This document shows, one piece after another, positions 12,774 to 25,432 of a stretch of 64,000 nucleotides of DNA. The DNA is from Octopus bimaculoides (lineage: Eukaryota): NCBI RefSeq assembly GCF_001194135.2, contig NC_068993.1, positions 62,411,143 through 62,475,142 on the forward strand, in the 5' to 3' direction. Positions within the stretch are counted from its first letter, which is position 1; every line of letters starts with the position of its first letter. A model generated the notes under the pieces. It did no database searches. It worked only from the letters and a program-made list of their open reading frames with translations, and was not told the DNA's origin. Both the position numbers and the translations under genes were made by a program.

Positions 12774-14694
12774 NNNNNNNNNNNNNNNNNNNNNNNNNNN
12801 NNNNNNNNNNNNNNNNNNNNNNNNNNNNNNNNNNNNNNNNNNNNNNNNNNNNNNNNNNNNNNNNNNNNNNNNNNNNNNNNNNNNNNNNNNNNNNNNNNNN
12901 NNNNNNNNNNNNNNNNNNNNNNNNNNNNNNNNNNNNNNNNNNNNNNNNNNNNNNNNNNNNNNNNNNNNNNNNNNNNNNNNNNNNNNNNNNNNNNNNNNNN
13001 NNNNNNNNNNNNNNNNNNNNNNNNNNNNNNNNNNNNNNNNNNNNNNNNNNNNNNNNNNNNNNNNNNNNNNNNNNNNNNNNNNNNNNNNNNNNNNNNNNNN
13101 NNNNNNNNNNNNNNNNNNNNNNNNNNNNNNNNNNNNNNNNNNNNNNNNNNNNNNNNNNNNNNNNNNNNNNNNNNNNNNNNNNNNNNNNNNNNNNNNNNNN
13201 NNNNNNNNNNNNNNNNNNNNNNNNNNNNNNNTATATATATATATATATATATATTTAAGCGTGTGTGTTCCTGTATGCAGTTATTCTGTATTTCCCTATT
13301 CTTGTGTATAAGTCTGTGTCTAATTCTCGTTGTCTACTCAATAATAATGATACAAAACAGTTGCAACAGTCAATTTCGCATGAATCGCCACTGTTGGAGT
13401 CTTAATTCGCCAACGCTTTCCAATCGCACATAGCGTGTACGTTAATCCGTCACTATGTAAATCTAGATTAAGATTTCTTTTCAAGTTTATTCAACGTTCT
13501 AACAAATTTTATGGAGTGTTTTTATTGTAATATTCATTTTCTCTTCTCGTTTTTGATTGTGCATTGAACCAGCATCAAAATCTTTGTTGTTGTCAATAGT
13601 GATGAGTCTTCCGTAACACACAGCGCTTTTGTAAATCAATCATGAGAATAATACTGGTGGTTTCGAATTTCATCTTTTGTTTGCCATGCAATCCTATTTC
13701 CTTTCCTCTAAGAAGCCGCAAATATGTGCTTTATCTTTCTACATCGTTCTGGATCTGATGAATTTGTGACGGCAATTCTTACAAAACAACAATGCTTGTG
13801 ATATAGGAAAAATAATGATACAGTCGAGTTAATTCCCATCGGGAGAAACTTACATTCTCAACAAAGGTAACACCAAATCTTGAGCAAAAATTATTGTGAA
13901 TCTAAGCTGTTCAGCAAAACCTCGCTCATCTCAAATGGCAGCTCCCAATAACAACACATGCAACAGAAATGATAACAGTGACACCTGTTATTGTAGTGAA
14001 TGATCATCAGATTCGAGATTCGTCGCAAAATCTCAATACATGCAAATATATAATCATGAATTGTGAGTCGGAAGTGTGATTTTGATTTGCAATGGATTCA
14101 CATTATTGTTTTATTACACATGGCTATAACGATTCAACGAACGAGTCTTTACGTAGGCATTGGCCTTGTTAAAAATAGCAGCCAAATGTCAATGAAAGCA
14201 CGGTATAGAGTCTAAAGAAGCAAAGCATTCCTTTGATAAAATAGTTTTTCTTATCCCCTAAAAGGTCAGCGTAGTATCTTTTTGTAATCCCTTGGCTGTA
14301 GGTTAATCGACAAGGGTTGAGAAGGGAAACAAGCAACAATAACACAATTAATAAGAAGAAGGCAAACACCCTGAAGTTACTGTGGATAAAAATTTCTCTT
14401 ATGGCAAAAAGGTGTGAAAATACCCGGTTCATTCAGTGTCGCCATCTATTAGGAATCCCAGACATCGATGTTTCGAGTCTTTTGACTTTTGTCAGAGGGA
14501 CAACTCTGAACGAACTTAATAAAGTCGGATCTTTATATATGATTCAGGGTAACTACAGTGTATTTGTCATTTAGCAGTTGAAATATGTGACAAACACATC
14601 TCAACTCACCTAATTCTGTTTATACTTACACACTGCTTCGTGCTGACACTGCGTTACTCACAATTAATAATATTTTTCTAGTTTTGGCTCAACG

Positions 14695-14835
14695 GCAGAC
14701 GTTTTGAGAGGCAAGAGTGGTCAATTACAATGACCCTATAACTTACCTAAAGACAAAAATGACCCCAGCGTAACTTAGAACATAATGATTGGGGAAAATG
14801 CCGCCAAGCATTTTGACCGACGTGTTAACGATCAT
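14695..14835 (-). mobile_element. Highly diverged SINE group A fragment
   Basis: Residual gccaagcattttgaccgacgtgttaacgatc similar to the group A head. Confidence 0.55.
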
Positions 14836-15254
14836 ACCAGTACACCGTCTTTACAATTATTAATCTTAGTAGAGGTGAATAAAAGAGTATACAACTATGG
14901 CTTCTTAGTTCAAATCCACCTAATGATGATTGTTGTCACTTCTGACAATAAACTCAATTAATCAGATTGTCCAATGTCCGTTTCTAATTGAGGAATAATC
15001 TGTCTTAGCATCATTATCTCTTTATCCTGCTTTTATTGTTAAAGCAAAATATTTGCATTTCTGAGGAATTTGGCCACAAAATGAAAGAGATTTCCTATCG
15101 TCGAATCTTGTTGACATTGTGTGTCGAGATAATTAACAGACTCCTTGTAAATGAGGTGGTATTAATGTTCCGAGATTAATTACAGAAACCTCAGATCATT
15201 CAGGAAAGGTTGCCACCATTTCATTGTTGTATCACCTTTTTTTCTACACTCACA

Positions 15255-15298
15255 CACTCAAGCACATACATACATACATACATACATACATACATACA

Positions 15299-15333
<35 letters not shown>

Positions 15334-15535
15334 GCACACGCAAACACACATGCATATAAATGGCACGCACGAACACACGCACATAAATGTATTCTCAGTC
15401 AATAATTCTTTCTCTTATTTAACATTTCTTTATTTATTACTTTCAGTCAACAATATAATATATATGCACCCTGCTTGTTTGGAATGGGCGCTTCTATTTC
15501 TTAACTGTGGACGCGCGCGCACATACACACACACA

Positions 15536-15577
<42 letters not shown>

Positions 15578-15780
15578 TACACATACACACACGCCCGCAC
15601 GCACACACACACATACACGCACATACATACACATACATACACAAACATACATACACACATACATACACATACACAAACACATACACACACATACATACAC
15701 ATACACAAACACATACACACACATACATACACTTATACACACACGCGCGCACACATACACACATACATACAAATATACAT
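15255..15780. repeat. (TACA)n/(CA)n compound microsatellite
   Basis: Direct reading; explains the HTHT/VCVC ORFs. Confidence 0.95.
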
Positions 15781-15794
15781 GTTCACAGGCATGT

Positions 15795-15987
15795 ATAATA
15801 ATAATAGCATCGAAAAAATCTTAGGGATGAGAACCCAGGTTTGAAATTTCCCCAAGACACCTGATGAAGGCTGGAGGTTATATCAGCCGAAACGTTGTGT
15901 TAACAACAAACAAGATGAGGACAAATATCCGTCAAACGTAAATAATGTAAATAATGTACATAAATCTTCGTCTCTTAAATATGGAAT
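15795..15987 (+). mobile_element. Non-autonomous retroposon module: (AAT)n, hammerhead, then tandem TAAATAATG tail
   Basis: A second partial copy in reverse at 45595-45669 differs at about 4 of 75 nt; contains the hammerhead at 15856-15901. Confidence 0.75.
15856..15901 (+). ncRNA. Minimal type I hammerhead ribozyme (intact core)
   Basis: GACAC (stem I) - CUGAUGA - A - GGCUG/10-nt loop/CAGCC (stem II) - GAAA - C - GUU^ - GUGUU (stem I partner); stem III is the palindrome AACGUU. Predicted cleavage after 15896. Confidence 0.75.
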
Positions 15988-16732
15988 TGTATCTCTGTTA
16001 TATCTTGAATTCAGATATTCTAGCGCTGTATTTCATCGACCATTTTCATTGCCTCAAACTTTAACATCGTTGATGTTGCTAAAGCATAGAAAGAGACAAC
16101 AAAGGCAAGGCCGTTAGATCAAATCATTCAACAGTAAACCTATATAGCTTATTACGTATCCATGTTCTGTGTCGTAAGTTGCAAACTGCTAAAGTACGAT
16201 GGCTGCCACAAGCAGTCATTTAAATCCTTCTTATTATTTTAATGTTTTATGCTTAATTTAATACATTGTCATTAATTATTTTTTTATTATCTTTATATCT
16301 CAGACAATATCGAAAATGGATAAAAGAAATCCACAAAGCAGTCTAATAAATGGAGGATAAAACAAAAGCCCTGGTGAAGAACACAAAAATGCATGAATAA
16401 TTTATTTATAAAGAGCAGAAATGCAAAAGGAAGCAACAGCGATGTGAACAGCAATGGCCATTAACGAATTTTAATGGCGTTCATTAATATGGTAATGCCT
16501 TCAGATGGTCATTTTGCATTTCAGAATATTAACAGATCTCATTGCTCGATAGAGATTTCGAGAAGAACCATGTCTGGAATCATTTGAATATCTGATAGTA
16601 CAATAAAAACACTATAGTGTAACTTTCTTATAGAATATTATAATGTGCGTTCTTTGTGTAATGTTAGAAACTCAAGTTGCTTTTCTTATATATGGCATAA
16701 AAGACCATTTTTTAAAGTTAGATTTTGCATTT

Positions 16733-17350
16733 TTAATGGGTAAGAACCTTTCTGTTCATCCCAGTCACATCAATAGCGCAGAAATAGCAGTTAGTGCCAT
16801 GGTTTGTCGGCTCCTTCCAAACCATGAAAATTCCAAACTTCAGACAACTCTTCTTGCTCTTAGTCGACTGACGCAGATTCTCGGTGCATGCTTTGCATAC
16901 CATGTGTGGCACCCAAGCTTTATCTTGGTCACCAAGTTTAATACCAAAATAAACCTGGTAAGCATGTTTGATGAAACTTGTGACTGGGTTCCTGTTAGCA
17001 ACAATGGTGTATTCACCGCAGATGTAGCGGAATTCGCTGGGCTTACATTTTCAAGATCTTCTGATCGAAGCCATTTCATTCACCTGTAAAATAAATATAC
17101 CAATTATTCATAAATAGGCACAACGGAAACTCTTCTGAGTTTGTTTATTTCAAGAAATAAAAAAGAATTTTGCATCATTCAAAGCAAAAAGATCAGTACA
17201 TGAAATCAAGAACGTAAAAAATAACATGTGGCCAGAGTTCAAAAAGCTGACTAATTCAGCAAAACTAATGGGATTTTTGGATTTAGCACAACAGAATTGT
17301 CCTAAATCTGCTATCAAAAATTTTGACAATAATTTTGTTGTTCACCAGTG
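16733..17350 (-). mobile_element. Chapaev3-like (CMC superfamily) DNA transposon, left end plus N-terminal transposase pseudogene
   Basis: Minus-strand terminus CACTGGTGAAC at 17350 beside a TWA-type TAA. After a tttattttacag acceptor, the frame from 17074 reads MASIRRS*KCKPSEFRYICGEY...YFGIKLGDQDKAWVPHMVCKAC...MVWKEPTNHGTNCYFC, matching the FCYICG...WREP.NH..DCYFC signature I recall for Chapaev3; one premature stop. Confidence 0.75.
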
Positions 17351-19303
17351 TTATAGATAACAAAATATATGCATACAATATATCATACATCTGTTATAAA
17401 GATAAAACATGAATATAAAATGTATTCTAGATATAATCACAACTCAGTAATCGTATTTTATTTACGTATTCCTTTTATAGATATTTCACTTATCTGGTTT
17501 ACTTGACACCTTCAGTTACGCGGCTACTCTTACTACGTACAAGAATACGGTTGTGTATTGTTTTATTTCCTTATCACTTCTGTATATAATTAGCCCTTGA
17601 TGCTGTCAATCTATCTGCGACATTATGGCTGTTTAGTATTCTCTATCCATATTTTATTATTCGATACATTTATATAATCAGTTGCGAATGAAACAAACCG
17701 ATGTTTCTGAAAGAATGGCCTTAGGTCGCATACAATTATAAAACCTTGGCTTCATTGGTGTGCATAGCTGAGAAGAAAGCCTTCAAGAGACAGGGAATAC
17801 GAAAGAAGATTAACCAGTTCCAATAATTACAATAACAGCTGCAATACAATGAGTTTTACTCCCTCTAAATTAATTATAATCTAGGCACACTCACCGCACA
17901 GATACGAATCTGAAGATGCTTGCCAGTGTCCATATAAGAATATTTAACTGTTATAATGCTGTGAAGGAGAAAATATGTAAGACATGTTAGACGAACGTTG
18001 ACGGGAATGAATGGAAGATGAAATGAAAATGTCTTTGCAGGTACGGCAGCGTAATTAGGAAACTCTGTTCGCATCTATTTTCTGGATTCTATATCACGAT
18101 GCTTGAAATCTGGACAGTGATTCCGTTCATAAGATGCTGGTTGTCGGTTCCATGTGAGTGATATTTCGTAAACGGAATCTGTGCNNNNNNNNNNTGTTGG
18201 TTCTTGGTCACCCATCCGTCATGATGAGCTAAAGGAGGAGAACTGAAATACGGTCTGAAGATGGCGGGGAACTGGATTTGGAAATAGAAATACCGTTCTC
18301 TGTTAGAATCACAAAGTCATCGCTCTTGAAATAAACGCATATAAGACATATATTACATCTAATTGAATATTTTATAAACATTTTGAAATTTACGTTTCCA
18401 TATCATTACCAACGAATTCTTTCTTTAGTGACACAATCGCCAGACAAACAGAACGAACGGAAGTGAGCTGGAGTGGCAAAAAACAGTGAGACAAAGAATT
18501 ACAATGGGAACAAGAGTCGTAAGTATCATGTGACTGCAAGAACAGACGCCATAAATATTTATCACACAAAATTTTATAGATTTTTATTATGCAAATACTA
18601 ATTTTGTATATTTATGTAAAGCATTCGAAATGAATTCCGAGGCAAAATCTGTGCATAAAACTTTATTATGTAAAATGTTCACTTTATTTAGAATTTATTA
18701 CTGAAATATGAACACAGTATACTAATGACGAAAAAGAATTGTTACAAGTTCAAAAATATAGTAAAATATGTAGTTATGGTTTTCATGATTTTAAAGTTAT
18801 AACATCGGCACTGGTAATTTCTCATAAACAGATTGTATCAGCAATATATAAGATTGAATCTGCAATTTTCTTAGTATTGTTAGTAAGTTGTAATTATTTG
18901 AGGATGTAGTGACTAATTCGCAAATAAACAGGTGAAACAGTGATAAAGATATATAATGTTTTAGACCCGTATGATAAATGAAAGTTTAATGTCCTTTAAA
19001 CGATGTATTTTACATGCACAGTGAAAATACAGCGCAGGGGAATAGTTTGTAATTATCTGTAAAGCTTTTTTTCCCGAACTCTATTACAGAATTATGGTTT
19101 TTGATAATTTAACGAGAAATTTGTTTTGTTTATATTTATTTTAACTTTATAAATTTTATTGTTTTGGAAAATAGAGTAATTTCCAATTCGGTATAAGCAA
19201 CTTGAAATTTGAAAGGCGCAACATTATAATTAATGCAATTTTATAACAATATTTGATATAAGCCAGAGGAGCAATAGCATACAGCTAAAATTCATCTCAA
19301 ATT

Positions 19304-19488
19304 TCGGCACAAGGCCTGCAATTTCGGGAGGGGACTAAGTCGCTTACATCGAACCAGGGCTCAACTGGTAGTTATTTCATCGACTTTGAAAGGATAAAAG
19401 GTAATTTGAACTCAGAACGTTAGAGACGGATGAAATGTGCTAAGCAATTTGCCTGGTCCTTAACGATTCTGCCAGTTCTACGTCTTGT
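19304..19488 (-). mobile_element. SINE group A copy
   Basis: ggcacaaggcctg...gtcgcttacatcga...tttgaactcagaacg...gattctgccagttc. Confidence 0.9.
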
Positions 19489-19658
19489 ATATACCCCCTA
19501 TTAAGAATCATGTGACGAGAACCATTCTACTATAAATATTCAGTCATGGTTGCTTGATTGTGCTAAATATGTCAAATAATCTCACATAGAAGTAGTATGT
19601 TATATCTGTTAATAATTGTTAAATAAAATGAATTACTGGTTTTTGTTTTATTATATTC

Positions 19659-19700
<42 letters not shown>

Positions 19701-20379
19701 CCATAACAAATTAATTCTGCTTGTTAGAAATCCATTATCTAGTCACTTTTCACTTTTCTGAAGAGCTTTTTTAAGCAATGAAAGATGGACAAAGATTCTT
19801 TATTTGGACGTAAATTGTCAATTGTTAAGGTGATTTCTCCTCAGATTTATCCATTGTACGAAGTATATACCTAACTTCCACTATTAGTGTATATTTGAAA
19901 ACAATTCTACATTTTGAGCTCTTGCGAGGATTTTCATCACGGTATTTCATGAAAATGTTACCTTCCATAGATATTTACATTTAGCGTCATCATCTATGTC
20001 TCAAAAGTATTCTGTTTATTTATACTGTGTGCATTTACATGTGCTTTTCTTTCAACATGTATAACAGATAAGTAGCAATCAGTCATTTTCTTCTTGATAC
20101 TGGTAACCTTTACTCGAAATATTATTACAACAAGAAAGTTATTTACTACAAGGCTAAATAAACTAGTGCTATTTACTACACAATTTTTCGTCTTTGTTGT
20201 TCAACTACATACTACGTTTGACCTACAGAGTTATTTCTCTTCGCTCATACATACATCCATACAAAAATATACATACATACGTACGAACACACACACACAT
20301 ATAAATATATATATATGTATGTGTGTGTGTTTGTGTGCGCGTCTATAGTTAATACTTGAAGACTTGTTCATATTCTATA

Positions 20380-20429
<50 letters not shown>

Positions 20430-20584
20430 NNNNNNNNNNNNNNNNNNNNNNNNNNNNNNNNNNNNNNNNNNNNNNNNNNNNNNNNNNNNNNNNNNNNNNN
20501 NNNNNNNNNNNNNNNNNNNNNNNNNNNNNNNNNNNNNNNNNNNNNNNNNNNNNNNNNNNNNNNNNNNNNNNNNNNNNNNNNNNN

Positions 20585-20637
<53 letters not shown>

Positions 20638-21422
20638 GGGTTTGACTTGAGAAGCTGACAAGGTCTCTGTGCTTCACACCAACACACCTCACTCCTCATT
20701 GCAGCATTAAGTCACTTCACATTTCTTTTCTTAACTTCTCACTAGTTTTTTTTTTTAGAAATGGCAACGTTCTTTGAAGAAAAGCTTCGATACGCACACC
20801 TAAATTCATTTTATGTATGCATTTTTAGATGCACATGAATACGTACTTCGTGTATATGCATGAATGCATTTCTGTATATTTCTATGCAAGTGTATGAATT
20901 TGTACACACACATACATGCATACATGCATATATGCACGTGTGTATGCATCTGCATGTGACGCATATACACTCGGTAGAATGCATGTTAATGTGTTTATTC
21001 TTGAAATTGGATGACAGAATCTTTCTCAGGGCATTTAAACTCTAAAAACAACAAACAAGGAAGGTAGCTGTAACAATATCAGCCATTCCAAGTTATCAGG
21101 ACGCAAAGACAACAACGTCACTCCTGTGTTTTGTCTTCAGTCAGATTTTAATGACAAGATTTGCACTTCATTTCGAAAAATGTTAATTACTTTATATTGC
21201 TGGAGTCATCTCTCTTGCTTTTTACTTTCAGATTTTAAGTGTTCCTTAGAGAGTGGTTTTGGCTGGGATTATTTCCACAAAACGACATTTTTCAACGCAT
21301 CTCTGTATTAAACGTGTCAAATGCTAATGTAAGGATATTAAACATGCGGAGCACTCTACTGAGTTACTTTACCTCAGCTCTATGTATGCATACGAATTCT
21401 TACGTATACACACACTCATAGA

Positions 21423-21466
<44 letters not shown>

Positions 21467-21835
21467 NNNNNNNNNNNNNNNNNNNNNNNNNNNNNNNNNN
21501 NNNNNNNNNNNNNNNNNNNNNNNNNNNNNNNNNNNNNNNNNNNNNNNNNNNNNNNNNNNNNNNNNNNNNNNNNNNNNNNNNNNNNNNNNNNNNNNNNNNN
21601 NNNNNNNNNNNNNNNNNNNNNNNNNNNNNNNNNNNNNNNNNNNNNNNNNNNNNNNNNNNNNNNNNNNNNNNNNNNNNNNNNNNNNNNNNNNNNNNNNNNN
21701 NNNNNNNNNNNNNNNNNNNNNNNNNNNNNNNNNNNNNNNNNNNNNNNNNNNNNNNNNNNNNNNNNNNNNNNNNNNNNNNNNNNNNNNNNNNNNNNNNNNN
21801 NNNNNNNNNNNNNNNNNNNNNNNNNNNNNNNNNNN

Positions 21836-21885
<50 letters not shown>

Positions 21886-22949
21886 ACACACACTTCAATA
21901 CACAGACACACACTATCATACACACACACATACACGTATGATAGTAATGAAGAAGAGGCGTTGAGAGAGACCTCATAAAATCAATAAATCTGATTAGAGA
22001 TTTCTGGCGACTTGGTGACTGATTTCTTCAGTAGCTCATTAAATGTGAAGTTAGTGAACTGTAATGCAGTGCATTGCCAATTAGCGACTAACAGCAAACA
22101 ATAGTCTCACAGGGTTTGTGGTACTTTCACACTAGTTAATAGACTGAGACTCGTCAACTTACAGATTTAAAAGTTTGTCACAGCAGATTTTTACGAGCTT
22201 CCAATATCAACGCCGACATTTGGCTTATAAGATAATCATTTTAATGCTTTCTAGTGTGTGTTTAGATAATTCTATGTATGTGTATATGTGTGTGTGTGCT
22301 TGTGTATGAGTGTGTGTTAGCTAGTACTGTGTAAGTTTGTGTGTGTATGTTTATGTTTAATGTTTCTTAATTACTTTGTTTTTGTATTAGGTTTGTAAGA
22401 TTCTTCATGTGAATTCGTCTGTGTTGAAACAAATCTTGTTGTGTCTGGAGAGGGTCGTTACGCCGATAAAACAAACACACGCACTGCTTCAATACCACTT
22501 CTTTATTTAACCGACTAACTATTGAAGAACGAGGGCATGTTATTGATGAAGTAGCGAATAGCGATGAAAGGGCTCTGGCATACAAAATTAGCAACCAATT
22601 GATTGTTCAATCAACACATTAAAAAATCACTATTGAATAGTTAGTTGATAAAATAAAGAGGTGGCAGTGAACCAGTGCGTGTGGTTATGTTAATCGTGAC
22701 CAATCCCGACTTCTTTCATGGTTTCCACTGAAAAGGCTCAACTAGTAAACATATTTTCTATATTGGACGCTATATTTTTGAAGAAGATCCGATATGGTTG
22801 TTTCTAACAACCATAGGGTTGGCTTTTAGCTATACATTCTACTGAAGCATAGATGTTTCTGTAATGAAAGACTGAATTCAATGCATTATTCCTTCAATGG
22901 TGATATATTGTGTCCTAACTAACCTCCGGCCAACTAAAGACCCCATCAG

Positions 22950-23275
22950 TCATAAATGTCCATGGGATTGCACCTAGAAAGTTCCCCTCCGAGGTACAAG
23001 TCCGAGGGCAAGATTGCTTGTGGAAGACCATCTGTCGCCCATGTATACCGGCCTCCCCTTTTCACACCATCGATGTTATCCAAGGGAGAGGCAAAGGGAC
23101 CGATACAGCTTGGCACCAGTGAAATCGCAACTCATTTCTACAGCTCAGTGAACTGGAACGACATGAAATAAGTGTCTTGCACAAGAGCACAACAGACAGC
23201 CTGGTCAAGGAATCGAACTCACTACTTCACGATTGTGATCCTGACAATCAAAGCACTGAGCCTTCACGTTTCACC
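22950..23275 (-). mobile_element. tRNA-derived CORE-type SINE (group B; resembles octopus OR-type SINEs)
   Basis: The reverse strand has a tRNA-like head and a TGTGCTCTTGTGCAAGACACTTATTTC CORE-like segment shared with 25160, 45757, 50104 and 54288. Confidence 0.8.
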
Positions 23276-23574
23276 TTCTTAAGTGATATGAAAAATATGA
23301 CAACAAAAATATAGAAATAGTTATTTAGCAGACTTATGAGCTGCAACCAATGTCAAAGATGTCCCAACTCTGACGGCCACCATATTGTATTTTCTGCCGA
23401 AAGTCTTCTTAGATATATCTAGGATTACATTGTCCCAAGTGTGAATTCTTTTTTTCAAGGTGGCAGAAGGTGTTTTGATGGAGAGTTGTCTAATATTTCT
23501 AGGAAGCTGAGCAACAACATACAGGCTTCCTTATTTATGTCGTACTTATTTAATTGTTGGTATTCACTGCGGGG

Positions 23575-24200
23575 TCGTCGTTGTTGTGGTGGTTGTAGGT
23601 TATAGACTTTATGATGGAAGTGGCAGTGAGTTACAGAGAAACAGTAGGATGAATTGGGAATAGTGGGAGTAGCATTAGGATGGAGTGAGAGTAACGGGAA
23701 TAATATTAAGTCACAGTACTATCATTTATGCGAAATGGGTGCGGTGGGAGTAGTATTGAATCGTAGCAGAAGCATTAAGACAAAGTAGGAGTAGTTGAAA
23801 CAGCAATAGTGGCAGTGGGAGAAAGTGGGAGTAGTCACACTTGTAGCAGCAAGTCATAGTGGAAGTGGTAGGAGTAGCAGTAGTAGCAGTAGGATGAAAC
23901 AGGAGGAGTGGGAGTTGCCTTTAAGTTACAGTAGTAGTAGTAGCAGCAGAAATGTCAGAGTAGCGGCAGTATCAGAAGCAGCAAGTCACAATGGCGGCCG
24001 AACCAGCAGGTAGACGCAGTGGCGGGAGTTGCATCGAGTCACAACAGTGGCGGTAATGGCAGCAAGTCACAACAATAGCAGTAGCAGCAGGTTGCAGTAA
24101 TAGCAGTATGAACGGTTGCAACAAGTATTAAGGAGAGTAATGGTAGCAGTTGCAAGACGAAGTAATGGAAGCGGACAGTAACTCGGCAGTACTTAAGGAA
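23575..24200. repeat. Decayed (AGT/AGC)n low-complexity region
   Basis: Direct reading. Confidence 0.8.
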
Positions 24201-25159
24201 TGCAGTAAATATTCACTACAGCAGTAAGTAAAAATATTCATTGCTTCGATGAGGCAAGCTAAGTCGCGGTGAGGTTTGCGATTTCATTAGATCTGTAAAA
24301 TGAACCAAACGCTTCCTTGGAATCGTATTTGGTAAAACGTCGTCTAAATTCGGTTGATATCCACTGTATGCTAATATCCATTATTGATCCTGAAAGACAC
24401 GTTGGCATTGAAAGTTCTTCCCTGTCCCAACCCTTTCTCTAGTTTTATAGTTCACTGTATTGTGATTTAGAAATAGGCAGCAATTGCCGAAGGATGACTA
24501 GAACAATTTTCAACGACCTTACGTTGAATTTTAGTCTCATTGTCCATAACTACTCACAGTGAGTTTAATTAATTCCTTTTGTGTTGAAAGCAACAGATTC
24601 ATAGAAGGGAGAATGTTGTGAGTTTGAGTGGCTTAAAGTCTCTCCCAAGAGCTGTGCTTTCATAATGAGATAACGATTACAATATTGCACTTCCCGCCGA
24701 AAGCTTAGATGTATTCCTCAGTTATCATCAGAAATCAGGGAAATTAGTATTATCGATTTGAACAAAAAGAAACACATTGTATTTTGACGAAATGGCCGTT
24801 TGTAATGAATATAATTTGTGAGAGTGAAATGAAGTGCATTCAAATGTGAATAGAAAGCTCCGTCGGCTTAGGTTTTCCGTCAGATTTTCTGCTCTTCGAC
24901 ATCTTTACTTAGGGAACGCAACCTGATATAAATATAAATAGATTCTCCTCAAACCATACTCTGCAGTCTTAGGAAATAATGCAGAAATATTGAATAAGTT
25001 GGTTTTGTGTTTAGTTTGCTTTGGAGTAACAAGGGATGGTCAGGGATGGAGCATCTCTGATCATAATTCGCCTCAATCAGGGCCTGTCTAAAAGTAGTCA
25101 ACAACAACAGCAACAACAACTACGAATTTTCATACAGATGATCATTTTTAAAATGAATG

Positions 25160-25432
25160 TGACGACGAGGATTCCACTTGATCCGATCAATGGAAGATTC
25201 CCCTCGTGAAATTAACATGCAAGTGGCTGAGCACTCCGCAGACATGACGCGTAACTTCAACGTAGGTTCTCAGGGAGATTCAGTGAGACACAGCGACAGG
25301 ACTTACACTTGGCAGCTGAGGTCTCTGGAGCAACGTGAAATAAAGTACCTTGCTCAAGAGCACAACGCATCACTGGGAATCGAACTCGCAACCATACAGT
25401 CTGGGGCCTGACCACTAAACCACATGCCTTCA
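25160..25432 (-). mobile_element. CORE-type SINE group B copy
   Basis: Minus strand: B-box GAGTTCGATTCCC, then GTTGTGCTCTTGAGCAAGGTACTTTATTTCACGTTGCTCC; body homologous to 45757-45985. Confidence 0.85.

Noticed and set aside
21232-21330. Strong + acceptor ctttttactttcag followed by FKCSLESGFGWDYF...*
   Set aside because: Stops in all frames before the nearest donor; unrecognised peptide.
24681-24700. tattgcacttccc, similar to the miR-92 seed region
   Set aside because: Only ~10 nt match and no complementary arm forming a precursor hairpin.
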